Positions 9,565-20,216 of a stretch of DNA of 64,000 nucleotides are shown in pieces (position 1 is the stretch's first letter; every line of letters begins with the position of its first letter). The stretch comes from Minisyncoccota bacterium (GTDB lineage: Bacteria > Patescibacteriota > Minisyncoccia > Phycocordibacterales > UBA9973): NCBI GenBank assembly GCA_043776915.1, contig JAYVQT010000003.1, positions 26,187-90,186 of the forward strand, read 5' to 3'. Both the position numbers and the translations under genes were made by a program. The notes beneath the pieces are model-generated. The model saw only the letters and a program-made list of their open reading frames with translations. It made no database searches and was not told where the DNA came from.

Positions 9565-10869
9565 TTATCTTTCAAGAAGTCTATCTCCTACTTTAAAGGC
9601 TTCACCAGCACCCATTGTAATAACGACATCCTGAGAAGTTAAAGATACACTCTGTACATATTTTGCAGCATCTTCAATCGAAAGCACCTGAACAGATGTA
9701 TGGTTCACACGGAGAGCCTGCGCAAGCTTGTCTGAACTAATACTACCGTCGTCAACTTCACGAGCTTTGAAAATTGGCAGGAGGACTACTTCATCCGCAT
9801 CCATAAAACATGTGACAAATTCATCAAAGAGCGCCTTGGTTCGACTGAACAAATGTGGTTGAAAAAAAACGTGAAGTGTATACTCATCTTTCGGATATTT
9901 CTCTCGAAATGCTTGTAGACTTGCTGTAACTTCGGTTGGATGATGTGCATAATCATCGTAGACTAATGCTCCAGTATTTGTCGTTCCTTTGTATTCAAAC
10001 CGACGCTCAGTTCCTATAAAACTTGCAAGGCTCTCATCAATTTTTCCTTTTTCAAAGTTAAGGAGACTACCCACAGCCGCAGCGAAACTCGCATCGACTT
10101 GCATATGACGCCCAGGGATTTTAAGTTCTCTCTCGGAAAGATACTTTTTATAGTCAACAACAGTGCACGGTGCTCCATCAATCACATCTTTAATGTCACT
10201 ATTATCTGGGTCGCAAATAACAAAACCATCAGCAGGCACTTTAGCAAGCAGTGTTTTATACGCACTTTTAATATCATCTAAATCTTTGTAGTAATCAACA
10301 TGATCAAGATCGATATTTATAATAATCAGAATATTTGGATTTACATTTAAAAAAGCCCGATAGTATTCATCAGCTTCGACGACGAAGTATGTACTCGCAC
10401 CTTGAATAAAGTTTGACTTCATGCCTTGCAAGAAACTTCCAATCACAACTGTTGGGTCAGCACCGAGCGATATCAACATATGAGCCACCATACCCGTCGT
10501 CGTCGTTTTACCATGACAACCCGACACTGCAATCGTGTACTTATTTTTCGAAACTACGCCAAGCATTTCTGGATAGACACATGAGGGTACCGAAAGTATT
10601 TTTATGTGCTTTAAGAATTCAGGCTCAAGCACCTCAATCGCCCGAGAGTAAACAATTAAGTCTGCATCTTTAGGTATGGCCTCAATGCTTTGACCAATCG
10701 TAATATCTGCACCAAGCTTTCCAAGCTCTATCGTTACCTTGGACTCTTGCATATCTTGCCCCGTCACTTTTTTCCCTTCCCCTATCATCATCCGTGCAAT
10801 TGCCGAAATACCTATTCCGCCACTACCGATAAAATGAACGTGTTTAATTGTAGATAAATCGAGATTCAT
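9565..10869 (-). CDS. murC: UDP-N-acetylmuramate--L-alanine ligase
   Basis: HFIGSGGIGISAIARMM N-terminal Rossmann motif and Mur ligase central/C-terminal domains. Confidence 0.9.
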   Translation of the reverse strand: MNLDLSTIKHVHFIGSGGIGISAIARMMIGEGKKVTGQDMQESKVTIELGKLGADITIGQSIEAIPKDADLIVYSRAIEVLEPEFLKHIKILSVPSCVYPEMLGVVSKNKYTIAVSGCHGKTTTTGMVAHMLISLGADPTVVIGSFLQGMKSNFIQGASTYFVVEADEYYRAFLNVNPNILIIINIDLDHVDYYKDLDDIKSAYKTLLAKVPADGFVICDPDNSDIKDVIDGAPCTVVDYKKYLSERELKIPGRHMQVDASFAAAVGSLLNFEKGKIDESLASFIGTERRFEYKGTTNTGALVYDDYAHHPTEVTASLQAFREKYPKDEYTLHVFFQPHLFSRTKALFDEFVTCFMDADEVVLLPIFKAREVDDGSISSDKLAQALRVNHTSVQVLSIEDAAKYVQSVSLTSQDVVITMGAGEAFKVGDRLLER

Positions 10870-10870
10870 A

Positions 10871-12199
10871 TTATTTTAATTTCCTTACTATCTTCATAAA
10901 CTGATCATTGCGGTCGTATTCATTGATAAACATACCAAATGATGCAAAGCCAGGACTCAGGAGTACTATATCTCCTTTCTTTGCAGATTGTATAGCAGTC
11001 GAAACTGCATCTTTGATATTTGCAACTATAATCGTATCTGTTTTTATTTTTTCGTTTAGAAGTTTATTGGTACCAGTACCAGCAAGTAAAACAATATATT
11101 TTGTATGCATAGTAATAGCTTTTACTAATGCACCGAGCGGCAAATTTTTATCTGATCCACCAGCGATTAAAATAATATTTTTCTTTTTACTTCCAAGTGC
11201 TTCAAGACCTGCGACAGTTGCCTCCGGGGTTGTCGCATTATTGTCGTTGTATATCTTTATGCCATGCACTTCTTTTACAAACTGCAAACGTCCTTCTAGT
11301 CCCTTAAAATCTGCTACGGCTTTCTTAATTTTCGTTAAAGGAATGTCGAATTGCTTAGCCACTTCCACTGCACAGGCAAGATTCTCACGCTGATATTCAC
11401 CTGGCACAATAAATTTCCACGAAGCAACATCTTTTTTGCTAGCAACAATAAGGTCTGCTTTAATATTTTTAGGAATAAGTTTCTGCATACCTGGGCGAAT
11501 AACAAGTACATCACCCTTTTGTTGATAATTGAAAATATTTGCTTTATCAGAAAAATACGTTTTCATATTATCTTTATAGTAATTCATATGATCTGGCATA
11601 AAGCTCGTAAATACAGAAATATCAGGCGATAATTGTATTTCGCCAAATCCTTGGAGTTGCCAGGAATCAAGTTCAAGTACTACAATGTCGCCGTCTTTTA
11701 CTTTTTTAGCCAGCGGTAATGTTGCCTTCCCGCGGATATTGCCACCGATAAATACGTTGCGGCCCAGATAACTTTCATTTGCTTTTAGTATTTCGTAGAT
11801 GAGTGTCGTCGTCATAGATTTACCACGAGTACCCGTGATACCAACAATGATTACCTCAGGGCATAATTCTACAAAAAGTGACGCGTCCATTTTAACCGGA
11901 ATATTATTTTTCTGTGCTTCTTTTATATAGATAGAGTCGAGGGGCACACCCGCAGATTTGATAATCATATCTTTATCTTTAAAATCTTTAAGATCATGTG
12001 TACCAAGTGTATACGTGATATGTTTGTATTTTGAAAGTGCGTTAATTGAAGTAGCCAATTGTTCTTTAGTTTTCAGATCAGTCACTGTTAAAATCGCTCC
12101 CTGTTCTGCAAGGAATTTTGTATACCCCAGACCTCGTCCCAAAAGCCCGAGTCCCATAATAGTAATCTTTTTATTTTTAAAATAAGTTTTGTAATTCAT
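10871..12199 (-). CDS. murD: UDP-N-acetylmuramoylalanine--D-glutamate ligase
   Basis: ITIMGLGLLGRGLGYTKFLAEQGA N-terminus and Mur ligase architecture. A 2-nt gap to murC suggests an operon. Confidence 0.85.
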   Translation of the reverse strand: MNYKTYFKNKKITIMGLGLLGRGLGYTKFLAEQGAILTVTDLKTKEQLATSINALSKYKHITYTLGTHDLKDFKDKDMIIKSAGVPLDSIYIKEAQKNNIPVKMDASLFVELCPEVIIVGITGTRGKSMTTTLIYEILKANESYLGRNVFIGGNIRGKATLPLAKKVKDGDIVVLELDSWQLQGFGEIQLSPDISVFTSFMPDHMNYYKDNMKTYFSDKANIFNYQQKGDVLVIRPGMQKLIPKNIKADLIVASKKDVASWKFIVPGEYQRENLACAVEVAKQFDIPLTKIKKAVADFKGLEGRLQFVKEVHGIKIYNDNNATTPEATVAGLEALGSKKKNIILIAGGSDKNLPLGALVKAITMHTKYIVLLAGTGTNKLLNEKIKTDTIIVANIKDAVSTAIQSAKKGDIVLLSPGFASFGMFINEYDRNDQFMKIVRKLK

Positions 12200-12201
12200 A
12201 A

Positions 12202-13965
12202 TTAAAATAGTTGCTTCTGCCAGAGTTCATAGAATCGGCCTTGTGCCTTCATAAGCTCTTCATATGACCCCATCTCAAGTATACCACCGTCTTCGATAAC
12301 AATAATCTTATCCATTTCACGAATAGTGGTGAGACGATGAGCAATAACAATCGCCGTGACATTTTCAAAAAATGTATGGAGTGAATCTTTAATCTTCTCT
12401 TCAGACTCAAGATCAAGATGCGACGTCGCCTCATCAAGAAGTAAAATTGACGGCTCTTTAAATATCGCTCGCGCAATTCCAAGTCGCTGACGTTCTCCAC
12501 CTGAGAGCTTGACTCCTCGTTCGCCGATAAGCGTATCTACACCGCCCTCAAGCTTGCCCAAGAAATCTTTGACATGACTAACCGAAAGAGATTTCTGAAA
12601 TAACTCTTCGTCTTCCGACTTTGCCGGCTGAGCAATCGTAATATTCTCTTTCAGTGAAAAGTTAAAAACTTCTGTGTCTTGTGGAACTATCGAGACATGC
12701 TTATAAAAATCACTGGCAACTATATCCTTAATATTCGTACCACCAACTTGTATCACACCGCTATAGTCGACACGCTCACGAATAAGTAACTTAAATAGCG
12801 TTGATTTACCAGCTCCCGAAAGCCCCACAATACCAACCTTCTCTCCATTTTTAACACTGAAAGAAATATTTTTAAGTGCTTCATTCTCACCATATGAGAA
12901 AGAAAGATTTTCTACTTTTAATGCATCCCAACTTTCAGGAAAAACTTCTGTTGCTTTCTCAACCGGTACATCCTTACCAATCAAATCATACATGCGAAAA
13001 ATTGATTGACGGTGCACAATCATGTCCTGGCTTGCATCAGTCAACTCCTTTACAGTCTCCCAAATATTTGCAAAATATGACCAGAAAAGAACGATTAGGC
13101 CTACCTCATACTTGCCATGAATTATATTGAACGAAATATATGCAATAGCAATGATAGAAAATAGCTGCGCATAATTTCCCATAAAACTACCTCTAAATTG
13201 GAAATTATTTATCCTTTTAGTAACTGCAAGAAGTGCTTTATCAGTAAGCAAGCCTACTCTGCGGATCATTTCACTACCTACATTTAGCACTCGTATAGTT
13301 CTTATATTACTTACCGTCTCATATACTATTCCACTGAATTGATCCTCTTCTACATTAAAATTATGTGCTGCTACAATACACCTATTTTGTAATAGTTTGG
13401 ATATATAAAAATAAGTAATTATAAAAACAACCATAAAAATACTTATGGTCAAATCGAATTTATACAAAATGAAAGTAATACCTACTATACGTGTAAATAT
13501 TTCAATATAGTTACCTATATATAAGTATAAAATTTCTTTATAAGCCTGAGAACCACGCTCAATTCTTTTTATTTTTACTCCTGAGGATTCAACTTCATGC
13601 CAAGTACTATCTTTAGAAATCAATATGCTGAGCATTTTCTTTTCAACAGTAAACCAAATATCATGTCCAGCTCGATACATGATTTTTTTACTAAAAAATA
13701 CAGTCCAGTAACGAATAAATATGCTTATGCCCCATAAAATTAATAGAGTTATAATATATTTTTTTTCTGGTTTTACTCTGGCAAGATATGTGACAAGTGT
13801 TGCAAATGCAAATGCAGGATACAAAGAAACTATGTCACTGACAAGCCTTAATAATGAACCTAGTATTAAGTATTTTCTTCTTTTACCAGAATGAATCCAG
13901 ATATCTTTTATAATATCTTTAATCTGATACTGTTTTCCTTTTTCATTTGGATCTGATATTTTCAT
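12202..13965 (-). CDS. ABC exporter, fused permease/ATPase (MsbA-like type I exporter family)
   Basis: Six-TM N-terminal half, Walker A GLSGAGKST, signature LSGGERQR, Walker B ILLLDEATS. Embedded between murD and murE. Confidence 0.85.
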   Translation of the reverse strand: MKISDPNEKGKQYQIKDIIKDIWIHSGKRRKYLILGSLLRLVSDIVSLYPAFAFATLVTYLARVKPEKKYIITLLILWGISIFIRYWTVFFSKKIMYRAGHDIWFTVEKKMLSILISKDSTWHEVESSGVKIKRIERGSQAYKEILYLYIGNYIEIFTRIVGITFILYKFDLTISIFMVVFIITYFYISKLLQNRCIVAAHNFNVEEDQFSGIVYETVSNIRTIRVLNVGSEMIRRVGLLTDKALLAVTKRINNFQFRGSFMGNYAQLFSIIAIAYISFNIIHGKYEVGLIVLFWSYFANIWETVKELTDASQDMIVHRQSIFRMYDLIGKDVPVEKATEVFPESWDALKVENLSFSYGENEALKNISFSVKNGEKVGIVGLSGAGKSTLFKLLIRERVDYSGVIQVGGTNIKDIVASDFYKHVSIVPQDTEVFNFSLKENITIAQPAKSEDEELFQKSLSVSHVKDFLGKLEGGVDTLIGERGVKLSGGERQRLGIARAIFKEPSILLLDEATSHLDLESEEKIKDSLHTFFENVTAIVIAHRLTTIREMDKIIVIEDGGILEMGSYEELMKAQGRFYELWQKQLF

Positions 13966-13966
13966 T

Positions 13967-15400
13967 TTATTTAAAATTTTTCTTTAATTCCTCCATATCA
14001 TCAAAGTGAGTTTTCAGGCCGTTCACTTCTTGATACTTCTCGTGACCTTTGCCGGCGACGAGTATATAATCCCCTTCTTTAGCAAGTTCAACTCCCTTCT
14101 TTATCGCTTCATGCCGATCAGCTATCACTAATACTTCTTTCCCACCAATTGGATTGATGGAGATACTTTCTAAACCCTTCTTCATATCTGCCAAAATAGC
14201 GAACGGGTCTTCGGTGCGAGGATTGTCGGACGTTAAAATGACAATATCACTCATATCGTAACCAATCCGTGCCATGATCGGTCTTTTCATTTTATCCCGA
14301 TCGCCACCACAACCAAATACTGAAATAACTTTTCCATCTTTTTTCATTTCGAAAATAGTTTTAAGTACATTTTCAAGCGCATCGGGAGTATGCGCATAGT
14401 CGACAATAGCTACTCTATTATCATTACTTTTTACATACTGGAATCGACCTTCGACTGGCTCAAGATTTTTCATCATATCTCGTACTTTTCCTCGATCTTC
14501 ATCAAGAAGGATAGCCGTCGCATAGACAGCAAGCACATTATACGCATTGAATTCACCAATGAGCTTTGTCTCGAACCGTTCATGAAAGCTGGCCTTGGTG
14601 GTAGCTATATCTGGATCTTCTTTTAAACTATAGAAATATTTCTTTGCCTGTGTACTTGAGAGCATATATGCACCATTTGAATCGTCACTATTCGAAAGAA
14701 CAAAGACATCTTCAGTCAGGCTATCAAAAAATACTTTCTTAGCATCACGATAATTCTCAAATGTCTGATGATAATCAAGATGATCTTGTGTTAAATTCGT
14801 AAAAACTCCGCCTGTAAAAAAGAGCCCACTAATCCGCTTCTCGACAACAGCATGTGAGCTTACTTCCATGAAGCAATAGTCACAACCCTCGTCGACCATT
14901 TGCTTAAGTAATTTATTCAAAGTTATCGAGTCAGGAGTCGTTCGCTCGGCATCCATGAGCGTATCATTCACTTTATTCACGATAGTCCCCATCATACCAA
15001 CCCTGTGACCAAGATTACGAAAAAGCTGATGGAGAAGTGTGGTAATAGTAGTCTTACCATTTGTACCCGTCACACCGACGAGCTTTAGCTTCTCTGATGG
15101 ATAATCATAAAACGCACTTGCAAGCTTACCGACCGCATCATGACTATCAGCAACTTTTATATAAGTCACACCCTCTTTGTATTCTTCAAGATCTTTCTGG
15201 TGCACGATAACATGTGCACCATGCTCTATCGCTCGGTCTATATACGTATGACCGTCAAGCAACCTACCCACGAGTGCAATAAATAATGATCCTGCCTGAA
15301 CAGTTTGAGAATTTAACGATAGAGAACTAATAGATATATCAAAATCACCTTTTGTATCTATCATGACTATCTCTTTAATTAATTCCTGGAGGCTTTTCAT
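13967..15400 (-). CDS. murE: UDP-N-acetylmuramoyl-L-alanyl-D-glutamate--2,6-diaminopimelate ligase
   Basis: VGVTGTNGKTT P-loop and a C-terminal DNPR motif, which is characteristic of meso-DAP-adding MurE. Confidence 0.85.
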   Translation of the reverse strand: MKSLQELIKEIVMIDTKGDFDISISSLSLNSQTVQAGSLFIALVGRLLDGHTYIDRAIEHGAHVIVHQKDLEEYKEGVTYIKVADSHDAVGKLASAFYDYPSEKLKLVGVTGTNGKTTITTLLHQLFRNLGHRVGMMGTIVNKVNDTLMDAERTTPDSITLNKLLKQMVDEGCDYCFMEVSSHAVVEKRISGLFFTGGVFTNLTQDHLDYHQTFENYRDAKKVFFDSLTEDVFVLSNSDDSNGAYMLSSTQAKKYFYSLKEDPDIATTKASFHERFETKLIGEFNAYNVLAVYATAILLDEDRGKVRDMMKNLEPVEGRFQYVKSNDNRVAIVDYAHTPDALENVLKTIFEMKKDGKVISVFGCGGDRDKMKRPIMARIGYDMSDIVILTSDNPRTEDPFAILADMKKGLESISINPIGGKEVLVIADRHEAIKKGVELAKEGDYILVAGKGHEKYQEVNGLKTHFDDMEELKKNFK

Positions 15401-15420
15401 TTACTCACTGTAACATAAGA

Positions 15421-15461
15421 TTTTACCAAAAGAAAACAAACGTCTCAAGATTAAGACGTTT
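15421..15461 (-). terminator. Rho-independent terminator downstream of cmk (minus strand)
   Basis: 8-bp stem aaacgtct/agacgttt (15438-15461). On the minus strand it is followed by gttttcttttgg. Confidence 0.5.
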
Positions 15462-15473
15462 GAATAAATAGTG

Positions 15474-16055
15474 CTATTCTTTAAGCCATTTTTTGTAAGC
15501 ATCAGAGATAATCTGAGGTACTCTTTCCTTTGTATTTTCTGGAAGAGTGTTATCTATGACTAAATCATAATGAGCGGGTGATGTATGATCCTCAATACCA
15601 TATAATTCTTTATACCTTTTTCTTTCACTTTCTAATCGTCGAGTAATTGATTCAACAATTTTTTCAACTGTATCGAACCCTTGCCTTGATTCATTATGAC
15701 GACTAGCGTTAACTTTCGCATCTTCCATGATTCTTTTAGCTGCAGTTTTAGCATCACAGTAAAGAAATACTTTAAATGCTTCCGGTATGAAATAAAATCC
15801 CAAACGGGAATCAAGTACAATATCTTTTTTCTTACCAATTTCTAAATTATAATCATCAAGTTCTTTATCAATCAAAGGATCAGTTTCGGCTCTTTCACTT
15901 AACTCGTTCAGCGTAATCCCTCTTTTCTCTGCCATGGATCTCATAAAATCTCCTGTTGATTTTTTCTCATACCCTAAAACAAGAGCAGTACCGCTTGAAG
16001 CAGAAGATTTACCTCCACCGTTATTTCCAGCAATTGTAATTATATATTTTTTCAT
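15474..16055 (-). CDS. cmk: Cytidylate kinase-family protein
   Basis: P-loop ITIAGNNGGGKSS, LID-like region and overall pattern of the (d)CMP kinase family. Divergent. Confidence 0.6.
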   Translation of the reverse strand: MKKYIITIAGNNGGGKSSASSGTALVLGYEKKSTGDFMRSMAEKRGITLNELSERAETDPLIDKELDDYNLEIGKKKDIVLDSRLGFYFIPEAFKVFLYCDAKTAAKRIMEDAKVNASRHNESRQGFDTVEKIVESITRRLESERKRYKELYGIEDHTSPAHYDLVIDNTLPENTKERVPQIISDAYKKWLKE

Positions 16056-16130
16056 ATATTGTATTTTTACAGTATACTACAATATTTATATATGATAGTC
16101 AAAAGAGGCTTTCTTTGCTAGAATAGTCGC

Positions 16131-17270
16131 ATGAAAATCCTTGCTATTGAGACAAGTTGCGACGATACTTGTATCGCTATTATTGAAGTAAAAGAATTAC
16201 AGAAAAAAACTTCTTTTACAATACTTTCGAATGTCGTCCACACACAACTCATTCATAATCAATATGGAGGTGTCTTCCCTGCTATGGCCAAGCGTGAGCA
16301 TATCAAAAATATCAATAGTGTCTATGAACATGCGATGAATGAGGCAAAAAATCCAAATATTGATATTATTGCGGTGACCGTTGGTCCTGGGCTTGAGCCA
16401 GCCCTCTGGGTTGGAATTACCTTTGCTGAAGAACTTGCAAAAAAGTGGAGTATTCCTATCATTCCCGTCAACCACATGGAAGGGCATATCCTTTCAATAT
16501 TTCCAAACAAAACTAACAGGTTCAGTATAGACAAAAATAAAAAAATATTTCCCCTGCTGTCACTTCTCGTTTCTGGTGGGCATACTGAAATAATTTTAAT
16601 AAAAAAATGGCAGGAGTACACACTGATCGGCCAGACGCGCGACGATGCCGCAGGTGAAGCATTTGACAAAGTCGCTCGCATGCTCGGACTTCCCTACCCA
16701 GGCGGACCGGAAATTTCAAGATTAGCACAAGCTGAGCGAAAGAATAGTGCGGTGAGAAGCCTAGAGAGCACGGTAGCGAGAGCTCGAGGTATTTTTCAGC
16801 AGAAAAATACCCGTGGTTCTCAGAGTACTATTTCGAGTGAAGTAACCCTCCCTCGCCCGATGATACATTCAAAAGACTATGATTTTTCTTTTTCTGGACT
16901 GAAAACAGCGGTGCTGTATTATATCCGTGACCATGGACCACTTACTGAAAAAATGAAATCAGAAATCGCTCGAGAATTTGAAGATGCCGCTATCGAAGTA
17001 CTGGTCTCGAAGACAGTTCGCGCCTTACAAGAATTCAAAACAAAAACCCTGATCATTGGCGGCGGAGTCTCCGCCAACTCATATCTGCAAAAAGTTTTTA
17101 AAAAGGCCATTAAAAAATTAGACCCTAAAGTAATCATTCACTTCCCCACCCAAAAACTCACCGGCGACAATGCCCTCATGATCGCGATCGCCGGATATTT
17201 TAAATATAAAAATAAAAAATATTCAAAGAATCCAGATAACATTGTAGCCAATGGAAATCTATCTTTATAA
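16131..17270 (+). CDS. tsaD: tRNA N6-adenosine threonylcarbamoyltransferase TsaD (Kae1/Gcp family), with a ~28-aa internal insertion
   Basis: MKILAIETSCDDT, HMEGH and VSGGH motifs. The insertion is discussed in findings. Confidence 0.9.
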   Translation: MKILAIETSCDDTCIAIIEVKELQKKTSFTILSNVVHTQLIHNQYGGVFPAMAKREHIKNINSVYEHAMNEAKNPNIDIIAVTVGPGLEPALWVGITFAEELAKKWSIPIIPVNHMEGHILSIFPNKTNRFSIDKNKKIFPLLSLLVSGGHTEIILIKKWQEYTLIGQTRDDAAGEAFDKVARMLGLPYPGGPEISRLAQAERKNSAVRSLESTVARARGIFQQKNTRGSQSTISSEVTLPRPMIHSKDYDFSFSGLKTAVLYYIRDHGPLTEKMKSEIAREFEDAAIEVLVSKTVRALQEFKTKTLIIGGGVSANSYLQKVFKKAIKKLDPKVIIHFPTQKLTGDNALMIAIAGYFKYKNKKYSKNPDNIVANGNLSL

Positions 17271-17306
17271 TTTTGGAAAAAAACTCTAAAATGCTATATT
17301 TCCTAT

Positions 17307-19508
17307 ATGAATGATGACCTTCCCAATATCGACCCTCGACTCTTAAAACCATATGACCCGGCGGAAACTGAAAACCGCATATATAAGCTTTGGGAAGAAA
17401 GCGGCTTTTTTAATCCTGATACGTGTATTGAAAAAGGAATCACGAAAGAAGATGCAGAACCTTTCTCTATCATTATGCCTCCACCAAATGCAACAGGTGT
17501 TCTTCATATGGGCCATGCCCTCATGCTTACGATTGAAGATATCATGATCCGCTATAAACGCATGCAAGGGTTCAAGACACTCTGGATCCCTGGTACCGAT
17601 CATGCGGCTATCGCGACTCAGTCAAAAGTAGAAAAAGAAATTAGTAAGAAAGAAGGTAAATCTCGTCACGATCTCGGACGGACAGAATTACTCAAACGCA
17701 TCGATTCATTCGTGACAGAGAATCGTTCGACAATGACAAACCAAATGAAAGTTATGGGTGCATCATGCGACTGGTCACGTGAAGCCTTTACTCTCGATGA
17801 TGCTCGCACGAAAGCAGTTCGGACACTATTTAAAATGATGTATGATGATGGTCTTATTTATCAAGGAAATCGTATTGTGAACTGGGATCCAAAAGGTCAA
17901 ACAACTATTTCTGATGATGAAATAGTTTACGAAGAGCGAAAATCTAAACTCTACACATTTAAGTACTCCAAAGATTTTCCAATAGCTATTTCAACAACTC
18001 GTCCAGAAACAAAAGTCGGTGATGTGGCAGTAGCAGTCCATCCTGAAGATATACGCTATACGACATTTATCGGTAAAGAGTATGATGCAGTGTTTTGTGG
18101 TGTACCAATTCATATAAAAATAATTGCTGATACTGCCGTAGAAAAAGAATTCGGCACAGGAGCACTTGGAGTGACACCTGCGCATAGTATGATCGACTGG
18201 GACATTGCCATACGCCACGAACTTCCCCATAGACAAGTTATTAATGAGTATGCCAAAATGTCTGTTGGTGACGAACGTATCATTGGCAAGAAAACAACTG
18301 AAGCCAGAGACATCATCGTCGAATGGCTTCGTACTGAAAATTTACTAGAAAAAGAAGAAGAAGTGACCCAAAATATTGCCACAGCAGAACGTACAAGTGG
18401 TATCATTGAACCATTACCCAAATTACAATGGTTTATCGATGTACATAAGCCAATACCAGCACGACACAATAAAACTCTCAAAGATCTTATGCGCGAGCCA
18501 GTATATGACAAGAGCATTATGATCATGCCTGATTATTTCTCAAAGACGTACTTTCACTGGATTGATAATCTTCGTGACTGGTGTATTTCCAGACAAATCT
18601 GGTACGGACACCGTATTCCAGTCTGGTATCGAAACAAAGAAATCTATACTGGCATCAATGCTCCCGAAGGAGATGATTGGGAACAGGATCCTGATACACT
18701 CGATACGTGGTTCTCAGCTGCCCTCTGGACATTCTCGACGCTTGGCTGGCCAAACCAAACAAAGGAGTTAGCACTCTATCATCCAACAGATGTCTTAGAA
18801 ACAGGATATGAAATTTTATTTTTCTGGGTCGCTCGTATGATCCTCATGAGTCAATATGCACTTGATGAAATTCCATTTAAGACTATATATCTGCATGGTA
18901 CCGTTCGTGATAGTAAAGGAGAAAAAATGTCCAAATCTCTCGGTAATGGGATTGATCCTATTGATATTAAAGACAAATATGGGATCGATGCTGGTCGTAT
19001 GGCACTTATCGTCGGCACTACGCCTGGCACAGATACCAAAATTTCTGAGGACAAAATTAAAGGCTATAAAAACTTTGCCAATAAACTTTGGAATATTACT
19101 CGATTCGTTCTTTCCTCAACTGGTGAGAGAACATATGACACTGTATTTAATACTTATACCGAAAAAGATCGCGAGCTCATGCAGGAACGCGATACCATGA
19201 TCGCTATCATCACGAAAGAAATGGATGAATACAAATTCTATTTAGTCAGCGAGAAAATATACCACTATACTTGGACACGATTAGCCGATAGTATCCTTGA
19301 GGAAAGTAAAGTACTATTAGCTGGTACTGACAGTAAAGCGATAGATTCTCGAATTCAATTTCTGCTTGATACACTGATAAAAATCATAATAATCCTTCAC
19401 CCATTCATGCCATTTGTTACTGAAGAAATTTGGTCAATGCTTCCTATTAAAGATAGAAATTTATTACTAGTAACAACTTGGCCGAAAGCACATGATGGAA
19501 CTCTTTAA
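17307..19508 (+). CDS. valS: Valine--tRNA ligase (short form, 733 aa)
   Basis: PPPNATGVLHMGHA (HIGH), GTDHAAIATQ, KMSKSLGN. It lacks a long C-terminal coiled coil. Confidence 0.85.
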   Translation: MNDDLPNIDPRLLKPYDPAETENRIYKLWEESGFFNPDTCIEKGITKEDAEPFSIIMPPPNATGVLHMGHALMLTIEDIMIRYKRMQGFKTLWIPGTDHAAIATQSKVEKEISKKEGKSRHDLGRTELLKRIDSFVTENRSTMTNQMKVMGASCDWSREAFTLDDARTKAVRTLFKMMYDDGLIYQGNRIVNWDPKGQTTISDDEIVYEERKSKLYTFKYSKDFPIAISTTRPETKVGDVAVAVHPEDIRYTTFIGKEYDAVFCGVPIHIKIIADTAVEKEFGTGALGVTPAHSMIDWDIAIRHELPHRQVINEYAKMSVGDERIIGKKTTEARDIIVEWLRTENLLEKEEEVTQNIATAERTSGIIEPLPKLQWFIDVHKPIPARHNKTLKDLMREPVYDKSIMIMPDYFSKTYFHWIDNLRDWCISRQIWYGHRIPVWYRNKEIYTGINAPEGDDWEQDPDTLDTWFSAALWTFSTLGWPNQTKELALYHPTDVLETGYEILFFWVARMILMSQYALDEIPFKTIYLHGTVRDSKGEKMSKSLGNGIDPIDIKDKYGIDAGRMALIVGTTPGTDTKISEDKIKGYKNFANKLWNITRFVLSSTGERTYDTVFNTYTEKDRELMQERDTMIAIITKEMDEYKFYLVSEKIYHYTWTRLADSILEESKVLLAGTDSKAIDSRIQFLLDTLIKIIIILHPFMPFVTEEIWSMLPIKDRNLLLVTTWPKAHDGTL

Positions 19509-20199
19509 AGATCCTCGAACATTTATCTATGCTATCTTAAGTGGCGCGATTCCTGCTATATTCTGGCTGTGGTTCTGGCTTCAAGAAGAAGATAGCGAGA
19601 AAACTGAGCCTCGTGGACTCATCGCTCTTGCGTTTATACTAGGAGCAGTCGTCGTGATGTTCGCTATCTGGATAGAAAAGTTTACCGTACCATACTTATC
19701 TGATCATACACTTCAAGTAGTAGCCTGGGCAGCCATTGAAGAGCTACTCAAACTTGGAGCAGTCGCTCTTATTATCTGGAATAGCAACGCTGTTGATAAG
19801 CCTATTGACTACCCCATGTACTTCATCGCCACTGCCCTTGGATTTGCAGCACTTGAGAATGTACTCTACTTACTACACCCACTTGATGCAAGTGGCACTA
19901 TTGTCGGACTCCTAACGGGTAATTTGCGATTCTTAGGTTCAACATTACTCCATGCAATTGCAAGTAGTATGATCGGGAGTGCACTTGGGTTGGCATTTTT
20001 TAGAAATGAATTCAGAAATGTGTACTTACTCTGTGGCATAGTATGCGCTATCCTCTTGCATAGTATTTTTAATTTTTTTATAATGGAAGGTAGTGGTGAG
20101 AATTTCTTAAGTGTGTTTGGATTCTTATGGGTCGTGGCAATTATTAATATACTTATATTTGAAAAACTAAAGCGTATGGGCAAGTATAGTGCTCTATAA
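19492..20199 (+). CDS. PrsW-family intramembrane protease-like membrane protein
   Basis: Multi-TM protein carrying an EExxK-like motif (AAIEELLKLG), FAALENVLY and HAIASS, which resemble PrsW conserved motifs. Confidence 0.55.
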   Translation: MMELFKDPRTFIYAILSGAIPAIFWLWFWLQEEDSEKTEPRGLIALAFILGAVVVMFAIWIEKFTVPYLSDHTLQVVAWAAIEELLKLGAVALIIWNSNAVDKPIDYPMYFIATALGFAALENVLYLLHPLDASGTIVGLLTGNLRFLGSTLLHAIASSMIGSALGLAFFRNEFRNVYLLCGIVCAILLHSIFNFFIMEGSGENFLSVFGFLWVVAIINILIFEKLKRMGKYSAL

Positions 20200-20216
20200 A
20201 AACGCTACAACATTAT

